Positions 59,600 through 64,000 of a stretch of 64,000 bases of DNA are shown piece after piece. Every line of letters starts with the position of its first letter. Within the stretch, counting starts at the first letter, position 1. The position numbers and the translations under genes are program-made. This DNA comes from an uncultured Chloroflexia bacterium (GTDB lineage: Bacteria > Chloroflexota > Limnocylindria > Limnocylindrales > CSP1-4). The stretch lies in assembly GCA_963707215.1 (NCBI GenBank), contig CAVPPB010000003.1, positions 288,001-352,000 on the forward strand, in the 5' to 3' direction. The notes under the pieces are model-generated. The model was not told where the DNA came from and ran no database searches. It saw only the letters and a list, made by a program, of their open reading frames with translations.

Positions 59600-60238
59600 T
59601 CAGAAAGGGAGCCGGCCGTCACGGCGGACCATCTCCAGCCAGGCCCGCTCCCGCCCGATGGTCGTCCCGGGGCCGTGGCCCGGCAGCACCCGGACCCGGT
59701 CCTCGAGGTCGGCCAGGCGAGCCAGTGAGGCGGCCATCGCCTCGGCCGAGCCACCCGGCAGGTCGATCCTCCCCCACCCCGCGGCGAAGAGCGTGTCACC
59801 GCTCAGGAGGATCCCCGAGTCCTCGTCGAGCAGGCACACGGAGCCCTCGGTGTGACCGGGCGTATGGAGGACCCGCAGGCGGATCGAGCCGAACCGCACG
59901 AGCCCGCCATCGGCCAGCTCTACGGCCGGGACGGAGGGCGGGATGTCGAACGGCGCGAGGAACGCGTCGGGGTGCTCGAGCCCATCCCGGTCGAGCGGGT
60001 GCACGGCGATCTCAGCCCCGGTGTGCTCGGCGACGGCGGCGTTGTCGCCGATGTGGTCCCAGTGCCGATGCGTCGAGACGATGAGGCGGAGCGTCCACGA
60101 CCGGGCCGCCAGCTCGTCGGCGATCCAGGCCAGGCACGGGGCAGCCGTGTCGATCGCCATCGCCTCGCGAGTCCGCTCATCGGCCAGGACGTAGACGTTC
60201 GTGGGCAGGGGCCCGACGGGACGCGACAGCAGCTCCAT
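59600..60238 (-). CDS. MBL-fold metallo-hydrolase (glyoxalase II-like)
   Basis: THRHWDHIG, HTPGHTEG, SGDTLF, LPGHG. Confidence 0.92.
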   Translation of the reverse strand: MELLSRPVGPLPTNVYVLADERTREAMAIDTAAPCLAWIADELAARSWTLRLIVSTHRHWDHIGDNAAVAEHTGAEIAVHPLDRDGLEHPDAFLAPFDIPPSVPAVELADGGLVRFGSIRLRVLHTPGHTEGSVCLLDEDSGILLSGDTLFAAGWGRIDLPGGSAEAMAASLARLADLEDRVRVLPGHGPGTTIGRERAWLEMVRRDGRLPF

Positions 60239-60410
60239 CGGCGGAGTGTGGCAGAGCGCCGGCGAGCCGTCGCGCTCGAACTCGACGGTCCGGTCGAACC
60301 GGTGCCGATGGACCGAGCGACCCGGCCCGGCGCCCCGCGATGATGGTCCGTTCGGCCCACGGGCCGCGGCGGGCCGCGGCGTAGACTCGGGGCAGAAGGG
60401 AGGGTCGCGC

Positions 60411-60653
60411 ATGGCGACGACGATCAAGGTGACCCTCGCGTCCTGGGACGACCCCGAGTTCCGGGCCGCCTTCGAGCAAGCCTACGACCAGGTCAAGACG
60501 GAGGGGGTCGCCCTCGACACCCCCGACGCCGGTCTCCGGGTCCAGAACCTCCTGGCGGCGGCCGGTTTCCCGGGCGCTCACGTCGACGTCGTACGAACGC
60601 CGAACGAGGCCCTGGAGCACCTCGCCCACTGGACGGTGCGGCGGACGGCCTGA
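60411..60653 (+). CDS. Small hypothetical protein (80 aa)
   Basis: GGAGGG RBS, TAGACT -10, strong GC3 bias; MATTIKVTLASWDDPEF... Confidence 0.7.
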   Translation: MATTIKVTLASWDDPEFRAAFEQAYDQVKTEGVALDTPDAGLRVQNLLAAAGFPGAHVDVVRTPNEALEHLAHWTVRRTA

Positions 60654-60704
60654 CCTCTGCGACTCGGAGCCCGAGCGGTCTCGACCGCGGGGCGACGCCT
60701 GCTC

Positions 60705-61148
60705 TCAGGCCTCGAGCTTCGCCCGGATGCAGTCGAACGTCTGCCCGATGAGCTTGTTCGCGGTCCCCTCGATGAGCCGAGCGCCGACCGAGGCGATCGT
60801 GCCGCTGATGGTGACATCGGCGACCCAGTCCATGACCGTCGCGCCCGGCTCATCGCCATCCTTGAGCGACATCGTGGCCGTGGCATCGACGGCGCTGCCC
60901 GGCGCCTGGCCGCGGGCCTTGATGACGGCGCGATCGGGGGCGGCCTGCTCGGCCAGCTCGATGTCCCCGGCGAAGCGGGCCGAGATGAAGCCGACCCCGA
61001 CCTTGGCGACGGCGTTGAAGCGCGTGTCATCGATCTGCTCGATCGACTCGACGCCCGGGCCGCAGGCCCCGACCTGCCGGGGGTCGACGACGAACGCCCA
61101 GACCTTGTCGCGGGGGGCGCGGATGACGACGGTGCCCGAGAAGTTCAC
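60705..61148 (-). CDS. coxG: CoxG-like SRPBCC protein
   Basis: APRDKVWAF..DP...CGPGVES, GTIASVGARLI; in an xdhC/mocA neighbourhood. Confidence 0.85.
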   Translation of the reverse strand: MNFSGTVVIRAPRDKVWAFVVDPRQVGACGPGVESIEQIDDTRFNAVAKVGVGFISARFAGDIELAEQAAPDRAVIKARGQAPGSAVDATATMSLKDGDEPGATVMDWVADVTISGTIASVGARLIEGTANKLIGQTFDCIRAKLEA

Positions 61149-61254
61149 GCTGGACCTCCGCTGCTGATCCGCTCACACGCCACTGCCGGGCCCAGCGGGT
61201 AGGTCGCTGGCGAGGTCGCGGACACAGCGCGTCCGACATGCCCGGGAAGGGGCG

Positions 61255-61283
61255 AGGATAGGCTCGACGGATGGACGAGTCAA
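61255..61283 (-). promoter_or_regulatory. Sigma70-type promoter upstream of coxG
   Basis: Minus strand TTGACT-17 bp-TATCCT. Confidence 0.72.
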
Positions 61284-61344
61284 TGCGCCCGCACGGATGG
61301 CCCGGAGCGCTGCCCGCGGCCTGGCCGGGCCCTGCCTCTACCCG

Positions 61345-62769
61345 CTAGCGAGGGGCCCAATCGACGACGCCGACGACCGCCGGCTGGGCTTCCAGGTACC
61401 AGCGCCCGTCACGCTCGATCGCGTGGCGCCGGAGCGCGCCGAGCAGCCGTTCGTCCTTCGTGCTGCCCTCGGCCACCCAGGTCTGGCGGCGGACGAAGCC
61501 CGCCAGCTCATCGAGCGAGTCGAAGCCACGTGGCGGCCGCTCGACCTCGCGGACCGACGGCTGACGCCCACGAAGCTGCAGGAGCTCGACGAATTCGCCC
61601 AGGGCCGGCAGGCGGATCCGCTCCTCGCCGTGGACCTCCGGCCAGAGCGGGTCGGCGGCCGACGACGGCTGGCGGTCCATCAGCACCGCGACACAGCGGC
61701 GGGTGGCCGCGGCCTCCATCGCGTCGAGGAACGGGCCGATCGCGTCGACGTCATAGCCAAGGTGGGCGATGAGCGCGGCATCAGCCGAGCCAGGGCCGAT
61801 CCCGGAGGCTGCCGCGACCGCCGGCTCGAGCGGCCAGCGGCCTTCAACGACGCGGACGTTGGCGATGTCGTGCTCGGCGGCCAGCTCGCGGAGCGCCCCG
61901 AGCATCCCGGCCGATGGGTCGAGGGCGATGACCTCGCGGACCCGCAGCGCCAGGGGCAGGGCGAAGCGGCCCGCGCCGGCGCCGATGTCGAGCCAGACGT
62001 CCTCGGGCCGGGCGATCGCCAGCAGCGCATCCAGGGTCTCGTCGTCGGTCCGGTGCGGGTCGGCCCGGAAGAGCGCGCTGACCGGGCCGTAGAAGTCCTT
62101 GCCGTCGGGGACCTCGCGGAACCGGTCGACCTGGGCGCGGTCCTCGCGGACGCGGTGGGCCCAGGCGGCAAGGGCGAGGTCGACGGGTGTGTCCACGTCC
62201 GGATTGTCGCCGCTCACCGCGACCTCCGTCACGAGGTCTGCGCGAGCGGCCAGGAGGGGGCCAAGGCCGCGATCCCCCCGGGCCTCGTCGGCGAGGTCCC
62301 AGGCGTCGCGGCGGACGAGGACCGGGTTGGCCCCTCCCCCGCCGTCGTAGCACGGCACCACGATGGGGCGGGCGTCCGGCCCCGCGGTGACCAGCAGCGC
62401 CCGGACCACATCCGGCCTGACGAGCGGTTGGTCACCGAGGAAGATGACCGCCGCTGCTGCGCCCGGGAACCGCTCGGCCGCCTCGGCGAGGCCGATCCGA
62501 AGCGAGCCGGCCATCCCCTCCTCCGGAGCCGGGTTGCGGACGACTCGCACCCCCGTATCCTCCGCCGAGGCCGGGACGACCGCCTCGACCGCCCGGGTGT
62601 CGCGGCCGACCACCAGCACGATGCCCAGCGGGCCGACCGCCGCGGCAGCTTCCAGCACGTGGGCCAGGACCGGACGACCGGCCAGGTCGGCCACGAGCTT
62701 GGAGCTGCCGAAGCGCGAGGACGTCCCGGCGGCGAGGACGACGGCGACGGTCCGGCCCGGCTCGATCAC
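61345..62769 (-). CDS. MocA-like molybdenum cofactor nucleotidyltransferase fused to a class I SAM-dependent methyltransferase
   Basis: N-terminal LAAGTSSRFG..KL, GMAGSL, LGDQP, DVDTPVD; C-terminal WLDIGAGAGRF, ALDPSAGML. Confidence 0.85.
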   Translation of the reverse strand: MIEPGRTVAVVLAAGTSSRFGSSKLVADLAGRPVLAHVLEAAAAVGPLGIVLVVGRDTRAVEAVVPASAEDTGVRVVRNPAPEEGMAGSLRIGLAEAAERFPGAAAAVIFLGDQPLVRPDVVRALLVTAGPDARPIVVPCYDGGGGANPVLVRRDAWDLADEARGDRGLGPLLAARADLVTEVAVSGDNPDVDTPVDLALAAWAHRVREDRAQVDRFREVPDGKDFYGPVSALFRADPHRTDDETLDALLAIARPEDVWLDIGAGAGRFALPLALRVREVIALDPSAGMLGALRELAAEHDIANVRVVEGRWPLEPAVAAASGIGPGSADAALIAHLGYDVDAIGPFLDAMEAAATRRCVAVLMDRQPSSAADPLWPEVHGEERIRLPALGEFVELLQLRGRQPSVREVERPPRGFDSLDELAGFVRRQTWVAEGSTKDERLLGALRRHAIERDGRWYLEAQPAVVGVVDWAPR

Positions 62770-63872
62770 GAGGGATCGGCCACCTGCTCGTGCATCGGCT
62801 GGCCCGAGCCGCCCCGTCGCTCGGCCACGATCTCGGCCAGGATCGCCAGCGCGGTCTCGGGCGGCTCGCGGCCGCCGAGATCCAGGCCGATCGGCCCACG
62901 CAGGCGAGCGAGCTCGTCGTCGGTCACCCCAGCTTCGCGCAGCCGGCCTCGTCGGTCGGCCTGGGTCTTGCGGGAGCCGACCGCCCCGACGTAGCGGCAG
63001 GCGCGCCGCAGCGCCTCGACGATCGCCGGCTCGTCGAACTTCACGTCGTGGGTCAGGACCGCGACCGCATCGTTCGGCCCGAGGCCGATCTCCTCGGCCA
63101 CCTCGTCCGGCCAGCCCACGACGAGGCGATCGACGCCGGGGAAGCGCTCGGGCGTGGCGAAGGCGGCCCGTCCGTCGATGACGATCGTCTCGAAGCCAAG
63201 CTCGGCCGCCAGGCGGACGAGCGTCCTCGCCACCTCGACGGCCCCCACGACCACGAGCCGCGGCCGGACCGGGAACGCCTCGAGGAAGACCTGTCGCTCG
63301 CCGAGGACGACGGTCCGGGACCTGCCCCGGTCGAGCGCCTCACGGGCGGCTTCCTCGAGCCCAGCGTCGAGCGTCGGGTCACCCAGGGAGCCCGTCATCC
63401 CGCCGGCCTCGTCGACGACGATGGGGTCGGCCGGCGGGGCGCCGGCCCCCGGCTCGTGGGGCCCGAACTCGGGTGGCGGCGCATCGGCGGGCAGGACCGT
63501 CGCGACGACCCGGCCGCCACGGCCGCTGCCTGGTGCCCGGGCGGCCTCGACGAGCAGGTCGGAGAGGGCGGGCTGCACGAGGACGTCGATCGTGCCGCCG
63601 CAGGCGAGCCCGACGTCCCAGGCCTCCTCGTCGCTGATGCCGTAGCGGATGACCCGGTCGCGCCCGTCCGCCCGGGCTCCCTCGATCTCGTCGAAGGCCG
63701 CCCCCTCCACGCAGCCGCCGCTCACCGACCCGGCGAGGCGCCCGTCCGGGGCGGCAAGGAGGACGGCCCCCTCGGGCCGGGGCGCCGAGCCGAAGGTCCG
63801 GACGACGACGGCCCTGCCGGGAGCGACGCCCTCACCCCGCCAGGCCTCCAGCGTCTCGAGCAGCTCGCGCAT
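62766..63872 (-). CDS. xdhC: XdhC/CoxI family molybdoenzyme maturation factor
   Basis: GSAPRPEGA, GSVSGGCVEG, GLACGG, LTHDVKFD, YVGAVGSR, PIGLDLG. Confidence 0.93.
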   Translation of the reverse strand: MRELLETLEAWRGEGVAPGRAVVVRTFGSAPRPEGAVLLAAPDGRLAGSVSGGCVEGAAFDEIEGARADGRDRVIRYGISDEEAWDVGLACGGTIDVLVQPALSDLLVEAARAPGSGRGGRVVATVLPADAPPPEFGPHEPGAGAPPADPIVVDEAGGMTGSLGDPTLDAGLEEAAREALDRGRSRTVVLGERQVFLEAFPVRPRLVVVGAVEVARTLVRLAAELGFETIVIDGRAAFATPERFPGVDRLVVGWPDEVAEEIGLGPNDAVAVLTHDVKFDEPAIVEALRRACRYVGAVGSRKTQADRRGRLREAGVTDDELARLRGPIGLDLGGREPPETALAILAEIVAERRGGSGQPMHEQVADPS

Positions 63873-64000
63873 GGCTCTCCTCTCTCCCGGCGACGCTAGC
63901 GCAACGGCCGGGCGACGGATGGATCGACGCCCTCGAGGGATCGCGGCGAAGCGGCCGCCACGGGGATCCCGTGGGCGTGGGCGGCCGCCATGCCAGCCAG

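Overview
A very GC-rich (~70%+) bacterial core-genome segment. It is most consistent with Chloroflexota (Limnocylindria/Ellin6529-like), inferred from gene content and a T-box co-occurring with actinobacterial-type fhaA-fhaB-rodA-pbpA. It has about 62 protein genes: a class V aminotransferase-serA-histidine phosphatase operon, moxR-DUF58-transglutaminase, a glycogen debranching enzyme, fhaA-fhaB-rodA-pbpA, several zinc-ribbon proteins, a LacI-controlled alpha-glucoside ABC importer with amylosucrase, valS, tRNA-Leu-tig-clpP-clpX, cinA, mrp, potADBC-gabT, an aldolase-IMPase pair, many small accessory genes, an ABC exporter-GNAT-rsgA-GNAT operon and xdhC-mocA fusion-coxG. I found no integrase, transposase or CRISPR array. 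The main signals missing from the ORF track are RNA regulatory elements. (1) A 28-aa leader peptide with alternative terminator/antiterminator pairings precedes the ABC exporter/GNAT/RsgA operon, a candidate ribosome-stalling (antibiotic) response system. (2) A c-di-GMP-II-type riboswitch has G at a normally A ligand-pocket position and sits upstream of an SRPBCC gene. (3) A Val T-box leader precedes valS. (4) Twin LacI operators flank a promoter. Clusters of frameshifts (~18.8-22.3 kb, 26.8-27.6 kb, 54.4 kb, 56.9-57.0 kb) also hit the essential valS, so they are probably sequencing/assembly errors. All protein calls come from motif recognition by eye, without database searches.
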